Assembly (NCBI GenBank): GCA_964016885.1
Contig: OZ024741.1
Location: 216,690,001 to 216,754,000, forward strand
Source of the DNA: Eledone cirrhosa
Lineage: Eukaryota
Reading direction: 5' to 3'
Length of the DNA: 64,000 nucleotides
Notes under the pieces: generated by a model
What the model saw: only the letters and a program-made list of their open reading frames with translations
Told to the model about the DNA's origin: nothing
The model's database searches: none
Shown: positions 14,022 through 28,759 of the stretch, piece after piece
Numbering within the stretch: the stretch's first letter is position 1
Layout of the letters: each line of letters begins with the position of its first letter
Made by a program: the position numbers and the translations under genes

Positions 14022-14302
14022 TGGTTTCTTATATAGGCACAAGGCCAGCAATTTGGGTGAGAGAGGAAAGTCGATTAAATTGACCCCAGTGCATTACTGG
14101 TGCTTTATTTTATCGACCCGTAAGTATGAAAGGCAAAGTTAACCTCGGCGGGATTTGAACTCAGACCGTAAAGGGCCGTAACTCTACCGATACTGCCAAT
14201 CTACAAGGATATAATTGTTTCTACTTTAGGCACAAGGCCAGCAATAACCCAGTGCATTACTGGTACTTTATTTTATCGACCCCGTAAGGATGAAAGGCAA
14301 AA
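14022..14302 (-). mobile_element. Two SINE copies (one partial)
   Basis: Same core and tail as the other SINE copies. Confidence 0.75.
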
Positions 14303-14479
14303 TGTCTTTATTTGTCTACATGTTCAAGGTTGGTCTGGAGCTACCATCATCAAATAAAACGAACTCAAGGTCAAATTTCTTGTGACTTCACGCAGTTTAT
14401 GTTTTAACCATTTAATATTGATTTTGAGTTTTATTATTTATTTCTGTTTTATTTCTATTTTCTTATTTTTTAGTTATTT

Positions 14480-17400
14480 TATTATTATTATTATTATTAT
14501 TGTTATTGTTATTCCTTGAATCTCAGTCATTGATGTTGGTTAACTGAAAAGTCCGTTGGATTGAATATCAAGCCACTACCTGCAGCCTCAGATATTCAGG
14601 ACGTATCGGAGGGTTCTTGCTGTTCCAAGCAAGCATGCCTTTTGAAGCGTTCCAAAAAGCGTGAAGGGGCCGATTTTCTTTAACCATCCCTGGAAACCTT
14701 TGGAGATAGTCCCCAGTGCGCCTATGACAATCAGGATCACTTTGACTTCATGGCAGTTCCAAATCCTTTTCACCTCCCACTTTAGGTCCTGGTATCGGTT
14801 AATTTTCTCCCTCTCCTTCTCTTGCACTCTCGTGTCGAACGGGCAGGCCACATCCACAATCAGGCACGATCTTTTTTCTTTGTCCACAACCACCAGGTCA
14901 GGTCTATTGTGTTCCAGTTTTTTGTCCGTCTGTATCCTAAAATCCCACAGCACCTTCACCTGACTGTTCTCCATCACCGCCTCTGGTCTATGCTCATACC
15001 ATTTCTCAGAATGTGGTAGATTGTTTACTTTGCACAGGTGCCAGTGGATCACCCTGCCCATCACATCGTGTCTCCAGCCCTTATAGTGGGTCTGGGCTAG
15101 GTGTTTACACTCGGACACAATGTGAGCCACAGTCTCCTCACTCTCTCCACAGATCCTGCACAGTGGGCTAGCCTCCTCCTTGTAGATATGGTGCTTCAAC
15201 CACTTCGTTTTGAGGGCCTGCTCCTGCGCAGCCATTAGCATTCCTTCTGTAGCCTTTTTGAGGTCTCCTCTTCTCAACCAGTTCCATGTCTGTGGATCTC
15301 TAAATTCAGTTTTCTCAAAGAAGGTACTATGAAGGGATTTTCCCTTAAGGCTGCTCTTCCTCCTTGATGTTATTTCCTCCTTGGACATCCCCTGGCCTAC
15401 TGTCCCCTCCTTCAGTACAGTTCTGAGCATTGGCTCCTTACTATAGGTCACGTATTTGTATAGGTTGTTTTTCTCCATCTGAACACAGTCCTCTATGCTG
15501 ATAAGACCTCTTCCACCCTCAGATCTCCTTAGGTAGAGTCTATCGACATCACTCCTCTTGTGGAACATGTTGTAGATAGTCAATAGCTTCCTAGTCTTCC
15601 TATCCATTTCTTTTTGTTCAGCAACATTCCATCTCAGAATTCCCGCACTGTACCTAATAATAGACACAGCTCGGGAATTTACTGCGCTTATGGCATTTCT
15701 GCTGTTCAGATGTGACTTCAATACGCTCCTTACTCTCCGAATGTATTCAGTTCTTAACAATTCCTTCATTTTTTTGTTCTTTATGCCATCAGCCTCCAGA
15801 ACGCCCAAATACTTGTATCCTTCCTCAGAGTCAATTTCCTTTATCATCTCACCTGTTGGTATCTGGATCCCGTTACTTCTGCTCAACCTACCCCTCTTCA
15901 TCACAATGACTCCACACTTACTAATACCAAATTACATACATATATCATTGCTGAAAATACGGACAGTGTCAACAAGCACATCCAACTCCTTCTCACTCTT
16001 CCCGAAGAGCTTAAGATCGTCCATGAAGAAGAGGTGATTGATGGTAAGCTCTCCCCTTCCCAACTTGTATCCTGCTCTCACTTTTCGCAGCATAATGGTC
16101 AAGGGCATCAGGGCAAGGACAAACAACAGAGGGGACAGGCTATCTCCCTGGAAGATACCTCTCTTGATCTTCACGCTTCCCAAGGATACTCCAGTTGATG
16201 TCAACTCTGTCTCCCAGGACCCCATACTCCTGCCCAGCAACTGTCTGATGTTATCTGCCACCCTGAAGACCTCCAGGCTTTTGGTGATCCAGGAATGAGG
16301 CACCATGTCAAATGCCTTTCTGTAGTCTATCCATCCCATGGCAAGATCAGTGTGTCTCCTCCTGCAATTCCCCATTACCATCTTATCAATAAGCAACTGG
16401 TCCTTTGTACCACGTGACTTCTTTCGGCATCCTTTCTGTTCGTCCGGTAACAAGTTGTTTGTGTGGAGGTGATGGTAGATTTCCTCAGACACAATGCTCG
16501 TCAACAGTTTCCACATTACGGGAAGACATGTGATAGGTCTATAGTTGGTAACATCATTACCCTTGATTCGGTCTTTCATTATCAGAACTGTGGTACCTTT
16601 TGTCAACCACTCTGGCACCTCACCCGACACCAAGCAGTCATTGAACATGGCCGTCAGCTTCGGGTGGAGGGATGTTAAATGTTTAATCCAATACCCCTGC
16701 ACACCATCTGGGCCTGGTGATTTCCAGTTGGTTAGTTTTTTGGCTTGCCCCTTAAGAGTTTCAACTGTGATACTCAAATCAGTCTGTTGTTGTGTCTTCT
16801 CACCGATCTCCCTCTGTACTGTCTCAATCCACCCTGCCTGGGCATTGTGTCTAACATCCTGCTCCCATATTCCTCTCCAGAATGTTTTAGCTTGTTCCGC
16901 CCCAGGGATCAAGTCGTTGCCTCTTTCTTTCCCCTCAAGCTGTCCAAACAGCATCTTCTGGTTGTTGTCGAACATGCGGTTCTGTTTATACTGACTGACT
17001 CTGTTCTCGTATCGCCTGATTTTGGCACTCTTTGCTACAATGCGTTGCTTCAATTCCTCTATGATAATATTTAGCTTTTTACTCCTAGTTTTGTATTTTA
17101 TTTCCAGTCTATTTTTAGTGCCTATGTTTTTTAGTGTCCCATTCAGTAGTGACTCAAGCTTTCCTATGTCATTTCTATTTCCCCGATTTGCCCACTCAGT
17201 CGCTTCTTCCACCACGGCTCTGCTCTTTCTTGTCTGTTGTTTCCTCTCGCTTTTATACCAAGTAGTTTCCTCACCGTATTTGCTGTTGCTTTGAGGATAT
17301 TGTTGCACTGGTGAAGACTCCTCGCCTCAAGGTATGGGATGACTTTGTTTACCTTAGCTGTTGTTTCTTTTAACTTTTTCCTGTCTACAAATCTTAGGTT

Positions 17401-18679
17401 CATAGGTCTCCCACTATCATTGTTCAATTCATCTACCACTAGATTTAGGATGTCAACCGAATCTTGTCCTAGCCCGTCAGCATTCATCTCCTCAGTGGCC
17501 GTATCTCTGTTCCAGGTATTATTTATCTCAGTATTCAGATCATTGTCTGCTTCAGGTGGTTCCTCCGTTCTCAGGACCTCCTCACCTTCATTTCCCACCG
17601 GCTCGCTTGTCTGGCATACTACACCCGCCATCTCCAAGCCATTCTCTCTGCTCAGTTCCTCCAGTTCCAGCTCGCTTATCCACCCATTAGTTCTTATTAC
17701 CCGAGCCTGCCCGGCCAATTTTTGTTCATCTAATTTAAATAAACCAATCTCGTTCCAGATGTTATGCATCCGTCTCCTGTAGCCCCTCTCCTTGGGGTTA
17801 CTTTTCAGGTAGCATTGCATAACAGTTCTATTCAATTCTTTCGTCCAGTTGGTTCTGGCCCCTTTCCTTCCTCTTCTTCCTCCAACATCAGCAGTATTTG
17901 GTTGACAGTCAGGTTCCTGCTGCTGAGCCAGGGGGCACCTGTTGGGTGAGAGTCTGTCACATGACGTTCTAGTCTCCATTTCACCGTTATTCGAACTGTT
18001 TATGTTCGATATTTAAACACTCTTATCGAGGATTGGCGAATGTATGTTTACATAGCCATCTGTGGATCCGCCATCCCACTTGGCCCTTGTGTGGCATTAT
18101 CACCACGCTGTATACGAACACACATAAACAAACAAACATACGGGCAGAAAGGGCCCCAAAAATGGATAAGCATAAGTTTCATTGTAATGTAGTATTCGAA
18201 TGTCTGACTTAGTTTTTGTTTAAGTTTTACTTTTTCCCCCCTCTTCTCTGTCCGTCCGCCTGCTTCCCTCTTCATTCTTATTTTCTTTACGTTTTTGGGG
18301 TTTCTTTTTTTGTTTTTGTTTTTCTCTGTTTGTTTTTCTCGTTTTTTGCTGTTGTTGCTGTGCTGCTTTGGTTTTGTTGTTTGTTTTTTCTTTTTTCTTT
18401 TGAGTCTATCTATATATTTTGATGCCTTCCTCTTTGTTAGTAGTAGGGATTCTATAATGTGGAAGTAGTAGTAGCAGCCAGCAGGGAGAAGTGGGAGAGG
18501 GCGGCGTTGGCGATACTGAGACAGTGGTGGTGGTGATGTCGATACCGAGGCAGTGGTGGCGGTGATGCGACCGTATTACTGTAGTGATGGTGCTGTAGCG
18601 GTGGCAGCAGCAGTGAAGGAGTCAAGGGGTGGTGGCGGCGGTGATGGGATAGTGGTGGTAATGATGGCCGTAGTGAGCG

Positions 18680-18680
<1 letters not shown>
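14480..18680 (-). mobile_element. R4/Dong-type RLE non-LTR retrotransposon, copy A (5' UTR truncated)
   Basis: Single long ORF with RT, CCHC and PD-(D/E)xK endonuclease, a short 3' UTR and a (TAA)n tail. Nearly identical to copy C. Confidence 0.9.
14588..17979 (-). pseudogene. RT-CCHC-RLE polyprotein of copy A (1-nt frameshift ~17175, stop at 15932)
   Basis: KSPGPDG, NYRPITCL, IDYRKAFD, GIFQGDSLSP, FMDD, CRICG..EETVAHIVSEC, RHD, RPDLVVVD..IVDVACP. Confidence 0.9.
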
Positions 18681-18717
<37 letters not shown>

Positions 18718-21660
18718 GTTCTTTGAGTCTCAGTCATTGATGTTATTTAACTGGAAAGTTTGTTGAAATGAATATCAAGCCACTACCTGCAGCCTCATAT
18801 ATTCAGGACGTATCGGAGGGTTCTTGCTGTTCCCAGCAAGCATGCCTTTTGAAGTGTTCCAAAAAGCGGGGCGGGACCAATTTTCTTTCACCATCCTTGG
18901 AAACTCTTTGAGATAGTACCTAGTGCGCCTATGACAATCGGGACCACTTTGACCTCATGGCAGTCCCAAATCCTTTTTACGTCCCACTTTAAGTGCTGGT
19001 ATCGGTTAATTTTCTCCCTCTCCTTCTCTTACACTCTCGTGTCAAATGGGCAGGCTACATCCACAATCAGGCACCATCTTTATCCCTTGTACAAAACGAC
19101 CAGGTCAGGTCTATGTGTTCCAGTTTTTTCTCCGTCTGTATCCTGAAATCCCACAGCACCTTCACCTGATCGTTTTCTATCACCGACTCTGGCTTATGCG
19201 CATACCACTTCTCAGAATGTGGTAAATTGTTTATTTGCATAGGTGCCAGTGGATCACTGCCCATCACATCATGTCTCCAGCCTTTATAGTGAGTCTGGGC
19301 TAGGTGTTTACACTCGGATACATTGTGAGCCACAGTCTCCTCTCTCTCTCCACAGATCCTACACAGTGGGATAGCCTCCTCCTTGTAAATATGGTGTTTC
19401 AGCCACTTCGTTTTGAGGGCCTGCTCTTGCGCAGCCATTATCATTCCTTCTGTAGCCTTTTTAAGGTCTCCTCTTTTCAACCAGTTCCATGTCTGTAGAT
19501 CTCTAAATTCAGTTTTCTCAAAGAAGGTACTATGAGGGATTTTTCATGAAGGTTGCTCTTTCTCCTTGTTGATATTTCCTCCTTGGACATCCCCTGGTCT
19601 ATTGTCCTCTCCTTCAGTACAATTCTGAGCATTGGCTCCCCACTATCAGTCACGTATTTGTGTAGGTTGTTTTTCTCCATCTGAACACAGTCCTCTATGC
19701 TGATAAGACCTCTTCCACCTTCAGATCTCCTTAAGTAGAGTCTATCGACATCACTCCTCTTGTGGAACATGTTGTAGATAGTCAATAGCTTCCTAGTCTT
19801 CCTATCCATTTCTGTTTGTTCAGCAACATTCCATCTCAGAATTCCCGCACTGTACCTAATAATAGACACAGCTCGGGAATTTACTGCACTTATGGCATTC
19901 CTACTGTTCAGATGTGACTTTAATACGCTCCTTATTCTCCGAATGTATTCAGATCTTATCAATTCCTTCATGTTTTTGTTCTTGATGTCATCAGCCTCCA
20001 GAACACCTAAATATTTGTATCCTTCTTCAGTATCAATTTCCTTTATCATCTCACCTGTTGGTACCTGGATTCCGTTGCTTCTGCTCAATTTACCCCTCTT
20101 CATCACAAGGACTCCACACTTACTAATACCAAATTACATACATATATCATTGCTGAAAATACGGACAGTGTCAACAAGCACATCCAACTCCTTCTCACTC
20201 TTCCCGAAGAGCTTAAGATCGTCCATGAAGAAGAGGTGATTGATGGTAAGCTCTCCCTTTCCCAACTTGTATCCTGATCTCACTTTTCGCAGTATAATGG
20301 TCAGTGGGATCAGGGCAAGGACAAACAACAGAGGGGACAAACTATCTCCATGGAAGATTCCTCTCTTGATCTTCACGCCTCCCAAGGATTCTCCGCCCGA
20401 TGTTAACTCTGTTTTCCAGGACTACATACTTTTGCTCAACAACTCTGATGTTATCTGCCACCTTGAAGATCTCTAGACTTTTGGTTATCCAAGAATGAGG
20501 TACCATGTCGAATGCCTTTTTGTAGTCTATCCATCCCTTGGCAAGACCAGTGTGTCTCCTCCTGCAATTCCTCATTACCATCTTATCAATAAGTAACTGG
20601 TCCTTTGTACCACGGGACTTCTTTCGGCATCCTTTCTGTTCGTCCGGTAACAAGTTGTTTATGTGGAGGTGATGGTAAATTTCCTCAGACACAATGCTTG
20701 TTAACAGTTTCCACATTACGGACAGACATGTGATAGGTCTATAGTTGGTAACATCATTACCCTTGATTCGGTCTTTCATTACCAGAACTGTGGTACCTTT
20801 TGTCAACCACTCTGGTACCTCACCTGACATCAAGCAGTCATTGAACATGGTTGTCAGTTTCGGGTGGAGGGATGTTATATTTTTAATCCATTACCCCTGC
20901 ACACCATCTGGGCCTGGTGATTTCCAGTTGGTTAGTTTTCTGGCCTGCCCCTTAAGAGTTTCAACTGTGATACTCAAATCAGGTTGTTGGTGCGCTTGTT
21001 CACTAATCTCCTTTTGTGCTGTCTCAATCCACACTGCCTGATCATTATGTTTAACATCCTGCTCCCATATTCCTCTCCAGAATGTCTTAGTTTGTTCCGC
21101 CTCAGTGATCAAGTCGTTGCCTCTTTCTTTCCCTCCAAGCTGTCCAAACAACATCTGGTTGTTGTCAAACATGCGGTTCTGTCTATACTGACTGACTCTG
21201 CTCTCGTATCGCCTAATCCTTGCGCTCTTTGCTACAATGCGTTGCTTCAGTTCCTCTATGATAATATTTAGCTTTTTCCTCCTAGTTTTGTACTTTATTT
21301 CCAGTCTATTTTCAGTGTCTATATTTTGTAGTGTCCCATTCAGTAGGGACTCAAGCTTTCCAATGTCATTTCTCATTTCCCTGATTTGACCATTCAGTCG
21401 TTTCTTCCACCAAGGTTCTGATCTTTCTTGTTTGTTGTTTCCTCTCGCTTTTATGCCAAGTAATTTCCTCACCGCATTTTCTGTTGCTTTGGGGATATTG
21501 TTGCACTGGTGAAGGTTCCTCGCCTCAAGGTATGGGATGACTTTGTTTACCTTAGCTGTTGTTTTTTTTTAACTTTTTCCTGTCTACAAATCTTAGGTTC
21601 ATAGGTTTCCCACTATCATTGCTCATTTCATCTACCACTAAGTTTAGAATATCAACCAAA
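18681..21660 (-). mobile_element. R4/Dong-type element, copy B (older, 5' truncated, multiple frameshifts)
   Basis: ORF fragments 20891-21472, 20342-20848, 20134-20385, 19477-20106 and 19067-19480 are homologous to copy A. (TAA)n occurs at both ends. Confidence 0.9.
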
Positions 21661-23139
21661 AATTATTATTATTATTTTGTTGTTGTTGTTGTTATTATTA
21701 TTATTTTATCACGTTTGCTGCTTTTTCTGAAAGTTTGCTCAAGAAATCTGAACTGGAATTCCTTCCTGTATTATATCGTCAGATAACTATCTTTTTAAAA
21801 AAAAGTAACTACAAAACTATAGAGTTCTTGTTTCGTTTGCGCTCTTTTTGTATTTGCTGTTTTTTTATTTTCTGTCTTTCAAGTTGTTGATGTTTGCTGT
21901 CTTTGTTTTTTGCCGTATATTTTGTTTTGAGGATTTGTTTTGTTGTTTTTTTTTTAAAGAAACGTGTTTGTGCTTTTTGTTTTAATGTGATGTTTATCAG
22001 CTTTTTAAATCCCGCATTTCTAGTTTGGTTTGAAAACAATGACTGCCATTGTATCCTATGTCACAGTGATGTCAACGATTTCCCTGAGAACGATTTAGCT
22101 GTGTCGACAAAATAACTTTTTCGGGTAATTTTTGGTTTGGGGTTTGGGGTTTTTTTTTAGGTGGGGGTGCTGACGTTTGATAAGATGAAGGTGTGGCGAG
22201 ATGGCAGAGTCATTAGAACGTCGGATAGAATGGGTTCCGCCAGGTTTAAAGTACCGGAGTTACGGGTCCATACATTCAATAAGAAGAAGGCCCATGGCTT
22301 AATTGTTAAGGTGTTGGACTCGCGATCTTGAGATTGTGGGTTCGATTCCTGGACTTGGTGGAGTGTTGTGTTCTTGAGAAAAATATTATGATTTCATGTC
22401 CCGGCATCCTGCGCTCTCTGAATTTAAATCCTGTGGAGGTCAACATTGCCTTTCATCAATACCAGGGTCGATTCTTCTTCATTATCTCATTCTCATTTCA
22501 TCTCAGTCAAACTTTCTCTCCTTCTCTGGAAAGAAATCGGCTGTGTTCCAACCTGGAGAGGGGATGGGTTCTGCCAGGTTTAAAGGACCGGAGTTACGGG
22601 TCCATACATTCAATAAGGAGAAGGTGCAAACGTCTTAATTGTTAAGGTTTTGGATTCACGATCTTGAGATTGTGGGTTCGATTCCTGGACGTGATGGAGT
22701 ATTGTGTTCTTGAGAAAAATACTTGATTTCACGCTGCTGTCTCCACCAGGTGCTTTGACCAGTACACAGTATCAGTAGTTAAAGACCAATGAAAACATTG
22801 TGTTCTCCGTACGGTTTGATGATCAGCTTCTTTCATCTGCCAAGTGTTTGGACCGGGAGAGGGACGACCAATGGTTCTTTGGTTGGATCTAGCGATCAAC
22901 CTGCTCATGAAATTAACGCGTAAGTTTTTGAACGTTACTCCAAAACGGAGATACTGCGTTGTAGTGTTTGACAAGGCTGACCCTTTCAATTACAACACAG
23001 TCTATCGTTTATTATAGTGTAAGTAGTTGTGTATTCCGCCGCAGACATGTGTACACATAATATTGTTCTTGGGGATATTCTGTGCAACATGGTGTGTAAC
23101 ACGGCTGGCACTTTGTACAGTCTATCAGGTATTTTATTG

Positions 23140-23990
23140 TAAATGGTTCAATATTCCACAGACACGTGTACACTTAACATAATTCCCAGGATGATTCAGC
23201 ACATCACAGATTGTGACAGGGCTGACCCTTTAAATTACAGGTATTGTCCTTCTGACTGTTTTTTAAACAGTTTCCGTCTACCCAGTTTCATCCACAAGGT
23301 TTGGATTGACCCAAGATCGAAGTAAATGACATTGACCCAAGGTACTGCATTGTGGGATCGAACACAAGACTTAATGATTGCAAGGTGGAGTTTATAACCA
23401 CTCAGTCATACTGTGTGTATTCCAGTTAGTAACAAACAGGAAGAGTTGATGGCATTAATCCATACCAGTCAGTTATAAGCTACTGACTATGTTGACCAAA
23501 CACACACACACACACACAACACAACACACTACAATGTATGGCCTTGAATGTATGTTAAAAATAACTGATTTATCTATAAAGGTAGGGCTGAGTCCCATAG
23601 AAAGACACAGAGATTACACATAGACCCAATCCCAGTGGCGTTGACTTTAATTTTCACCACTTCAAGGTAACTCAAATGACTTAGAAATGTAGGATACATA
23701 GGATGAATAAATTGACTGTATCAACCTTCTCCTTGAAATTCTTACTTTGTTCAATGTAAAATAACATTTATTCTCTTAATGAAATAGATAAATTCTCACA
23801 CATCAGCCACACATACAAACCTCACCTAGTTATAGTTTACAAGACACATAAGAAGACAATAGCCAGTGTTTCCTCCTACTCCTACTCACATCAATAATAT
23901 ACAAATAGAAGTAGGAGTGATAATAGGTACATTATTGTTTAAATGAAACTTGAGGCTATCGGGAACGGAAATGAAAAATACTTTTTCCTA
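23140..23990. repeat. Dispersed repeat with an inverted copy at ~62113-62785
   Basis: Near-identical reverse-complement sequence. The distal copy lacks ~23690-23850. Confidence 0.8.
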
Positions 23991-24139
23991 AGGACAATGT
24001 CACTATTTACAATAAACAGTGGACATCGTTTTCTTCTTGACATTGTAAAAATGTCTTATTTATTTAAATATAGTTAATACTCCCACGGAACAAATCATTA
24101 GTTACTTGAGTCATTTGGTGTAATATTGTCTTGTTTTTA

Positions 24140-24207
24140 TTACTCTTATTGTTGTGGTTGCTGTTGTTGTTTGTGTTGTGGTTGGTGTTGTTGTTTGTGT
24201 TGTTGTT

Positions 24208-24256
<49 letters not shown>

Positions 24257-24266
24257 GGGTTGTTAC

Positions 24267-24297
<31 letters not shown>

Positions 24298-24572
24298 GCT
24301 GTTGTTGTTGTTGCTGTTGTTGCTGTTGTTGCTGTTGCTGTTGTTGTTGTTGTTGCTGTTGTTGCTGTTGTTGTTGTTGTTGTTGCTGTTGTTTGGGTTG
24401 TTGTTGCTGTTGTTTGTGTTGTTGTTGTTGTTGTTGTTGTTTTTGCTGTTGCTTGTGTTGCTATTGTTGTTATTGTTGCTGTTGTTTGTGCTGTTACTGT
24501 TGTTGCTGTTGTTTTTGCTGTTGTTTGTGTAGTTATTGTTGTTGGTGGTGTTTTTGCTATTGTTGCTGCTTT
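24140..24572. repeat. (GTT)n/(GCT)n microsatellite
   Basis: Direct reading. Confidence 0.95.
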
Positions 24573-24982
24573 TTAAAACAATCGGAGTCGATTCCCCTCT
24601 CCGGATCTGAACGTAGCCGTTTCCTTTCAGAGAAGGAGAGAGAGTGAATTAATGAATGAGAAAGTGAAGAAGTGTGAAATAGATATAGAGAAAGGTTTGA
24701 CCTTAGTACTAGACTAGTACTTTATTTGTCGACCTTGAAATGATGAAAGACATGGTTGATCCCGACGGGATTTGAACACAGAGCTCAGAAAACCGAAACG
24801 AATACGGCAAAGTATTCTATCCGACTTTCTAATGTAGAGGTTCTCAAATTGGGCACTTCATCCTCCAGGGAGCGCTGTAGAGAGGATATAATTGTATATC
24901 ATCTCTAATTCACACCCTAATTCAAATATAGTAAAATGAAATATATATAATATTTATTTATACAAAGTATATATTATATTAT

Positions 24983-25168
24983 GGATTGGCAGTATCGGTA
25001 GAAGGTCGGACGTCATGCTTTGATGCATGGAGTTACGGCCCTTGCCATTCTGAGTTCAAATCCCGCTAAGGTTAACTTTGTCTTTCATCCTTACGGGGTC
25101 GATAAAATAAAGTACCAGTAATGCACTGTTAATTGCTGACATTGTGCCAAAAAGTAGAAACAATTATT
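24983..25168 (+). mobile_element. tRNA-derived SINE, same family
   Basis: A box, B box, core and tail present. Confidence 0.8.
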
Positions 25169-25451
25169 TATCTATATATCTAAACCAACCGATTGTTTTC
25201 AAACCACCCAACCGATTCTTTTCAAACTTTACACATGTAATACTTATGGTCCTGTGAGTGTTTTGAGCAAAATTTTCAATGCCCTAGGGATCGCAATAGG
25301 TGATTTAGCGATCTCTCTTAGTCTTTCTTTTAGATAGATACATAGATATAACGTTGCGCCCTTATAATATCTGTCTGTATGTTTGGGCTGTCTGCATTAC
25401 GACATTATGACGCTATATGTGTGTGTGTGTGAATATATATATGTATATATA

Positions 25452-25507
<56 letters not shown>

Positions 25508-25602
25508 AACATGGGGAGAAGAATACTGAATGGTTGCACATAGATTACATATTATAAAATTAGTCCCTCATCAGTGATTTGCCAACGATCATTAATGCGA
25601 TG

Positions 25603-25652
<50 letters not shown>

Positions 25653-25698
25653 AAATGTGTGTAATATCTCCCGATTCTACAGCAATCTACCAAAATGA

Positions 25699-26202
25699 AT
25701 GCACTTTTTAAAAAACACACAGATAATTTATAGCAGACGCCAAGCACCCAACCTTAAAAAACTAATTACCAAGGCAAAATTTACGACCAACATGGAATCA
25801 ATGCAAGTCACGAAATGCGGGGACCCTAGATGTGGAACCTGTGAACTCATCGAAGAGGGCAAACAGTTGTCCTTCAAAAACCATGATAATTTCAAGGTCA
25901 ATGCTAACATGAACTGCAAAACGAAAAACCTAATATATTGCGCAACATGTCCACAGTGTAAAGAGTATTACATTGGGGAAACCGGAACGGGATTACATGA
26001 TAGAGTCCGGGTACATAAACAACAGATTAAAGACCCCACAGTCAGAAATACCACATGTAGCGCACACTTTGCATCATGCGGGAAGGGAAAATTCACAATC
26101 TTCCCTTTCTTCAAGATATGGTCGGATAACGAACATTTCCGCAGATATAAAGAAGAATTCTTCATTGAAAAATTTAAACCACTACTGAACACGAAAAAAT
26201 GA
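25699..26202 (+). pseudogene. 5'-truncated PLE fragment: Cys linker + GIY-YIG endonuclease
   Basis: RRQAPNLKKLI, CGDPRCGTC, NLIYCATCPQCKEYYIGETG..L..RVRVH, E.FFIEKFKP.LN. It begins just after (TA)n. Confidence 0.85.
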
Positions 26203-26284
26203 ATTAACACTCGGAGGTAAAATTCCATTTCACTACCCCCCCCTCTTCTTATGTATACACATGAATATCTGAGTGAACGGTGAA

Positions 26285-26348
26285 ACACACACATATGTGT
26301 GTGTAGGGATGTATGGATGTATGTACGTGTGGGTATATATGTATGTGG

Positions 26349-26396
<48 letters not shown>

Positions 26397-26419
26397 GTAT
26401 GGATGTGTGTATGTTTGTA

Positions 26420-26482
<63 letters not shown>

Positions 26483-26535
26483 ATGTGTGTATATATGTGT
26501 ATATGTACATGTATGTATGTGTATGTTTGTATATA

Positions 26536-26582
<47 letters not shown>

Positions 26583-26985
26583 ATAGATATGTATGTTTAT
26601 GTGTGTGTGTATGTATGTGTATGTACCTATATATATGTGTGTGTGTGTGTATGTATGTGCATATATGTATATGTGTGTACATATGTGTATGTTTCTGTTT
26701 GTGTATATGTATGTATGTATGTAGATGTATGTGTATATATATGTATGTATATGTATATATATGTGTATGTGTATATGTGTCTTTAGGTGCTCGTGTGTAC
26801 GCACATATATATATATGTATATATGTATGTGTGTATGTATGTGTGTGTATGTGTGTATATATATGTATATATATATATGTATGTATATATGTATATATAT
26901 ATATATATATATGTAGGTATGTACATGTATGTGTATGTATGTATGTGTGTATGTATGTACTTGTATGTGTATGTGTATGTGTATG

Positions 26986-27026
<41 letters not shown>

Positions 27027-27131
27027 ATATGTATGTGTATATATATATATATATGGATATATATGTATGTGTATGTGTATGTGTGTGTATGTGTCTGTAT
27101 GTGTTTATGTGTACATATATGTATGTGTATG

Positions 27132-27168
<37 letters not shown>

Positions 27169-27339
27169 GTATATGTATATATGTATGTGTGTGTGTGTGT
27201 ATGCCTCTCTCTTTATATGTGTATATATATATATAGATGTGTGTGTATGTGTGTGTGTGTGTATGCATGTATGTGTGAACGGAGGGGTATATATATGGAC
27301 ATATGTATATGTGTGTGTGTGTGTATACACGTGCGTGGA

Positions 27340-27371
<32 letters not shown>

Positions 27372-27459
27372 CGTGTATGTGTATATATGTATATTTAGTT
27401 ATGTATCTTTATGTGTGTATATGTATGTATATGTATGTATGTATATGTATGTATATATG

Positions 27460-27490
<31 letters not shown>

Positions 27491-27539
27491 ATATATATGT
27501 ATATATGTGTGTGTGTATATGTGTGTGTATGTGTATATG

Positions 27540-27584
<45 letters not shown>

Positions 27585-27815
27585 ATGTGTATGTGTATGT
27601 GTATGTGTATATATGTATATATATACCCATGTGGAGGTATGAGTACATATTCGTGTGTGTACGTATGTATATGTGTGTTTTTATATGTGTCTCTATATGT
27701 TTGTGTGTATGTATGTGGATGTATTTTTGCATGGGTGTGTGATTGATGGTGTGTGCCTATATATTCCTACATATGCCCGTGTGCGTATGTACGTATATAC
27801 GCACATATGTGTGTG
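26285..27815. repeat. Compound (TA)/(TG)/(TATG) microsatellite field
   Basis: Direct reading. This field is the source of the spurious YI/CV ORFs. Confidence 0.95.
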
Positions 27816-28383
27816 TTGAACAAGGGACTAACTTTGGGATGGACGTAGAAAAATTCTTCAGAAAAAAAATAAGAAAAAAATAATTATTCACAAACTTGAC
27901 AGGTGCGATTTGCCTGTGACCATTCTCAACACAAAAGCAATGCTAAAAGCCTTTTCCCCTGAATAAAGGAATTTTTCGAGAATGACCGGGGCAGGCCGCA
28001 CTTGCTACATTTCTCCCCACCCAACCCTACTCACCGTCTCAACTCATTACTGCTATGAACACTTTTTCAACACACCTACACCCATGCACTTATTAAAGGG
28101 GGAGAAAAGAAACCCCCACCACACCACAGACATGTTAAATCCCTATATATAGAACAACACACCACATACACATCAGTTTGACAAGCGCACCTCAGCGTGA
28201 AAGGTCTTTCTAAAAACGAAACAATACCTCCTACGTTAATCAAGAACTCCTAAGACCTAACCAACAACCAACAACTTAATTTATAAAATAATTTTTTTAA
28301 AGAAAAATTCTCTTTGGATTTTGTGAAGAAAATAAATTTGTTGAAAGCACAAGTGAAGCCATTTTTTCTTCCCCCCTGTCTTA

Positions 28384-28415
<32 letters not shown>

Positions 28416-28492
28416 TATATATACATATATATATATATAGTGTGTAACGTTTTTCGAAATATTTAGTTCTGCGTTCACAGATTGATTTTTTT

Positions 28493-28543
28493 AGTTTCAG
28501 AAGATCCCGTTAAGGGTGAAAGCAGCGATTCTTTGCTTAAACT
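28493..28543 (+). ncRNA. Hammerhead-like motif, core variant CAGAAGA
   Basis: agttt-CAGAAGA-t-ccc-gttaa-ggg-t-GAAA-gca-gcgattctt-tgc-TT-aaact, with a flanking cagatt/aatctg extension. Confidence 0.6.
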
Positions 28544-28554
28544 TTAATCTGTTA

Positions 28555-28593
<39 letters not shown>

Positions 28594-28699
28594 GGAAAAG
28601 AATGAATCGAAATTTCCTTTCTCACTCTTTGTACGGCTGGTACTGAAATGTAAGTATGTATGTATACGCACATACATATATGTATACAGACGTACAGTA

Positions 28700-28759
<60 letters not shown>

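Noticed and set aside
17980-18120. HDV-like ribozyme in the R4/Dong leader (aatcctcg, ggcggat/attcgcc)
   Set aside because: Hairpins are present, but no nested double pseudoknot could be assembled by eye.
28172-28215. Possible U3-A8 hammerhead (TTGACAA-gcgc..gcgt-GAAA-ggtc-TT)
   Set aside because: Stem I does not pair, so at best this is a decayed relic.
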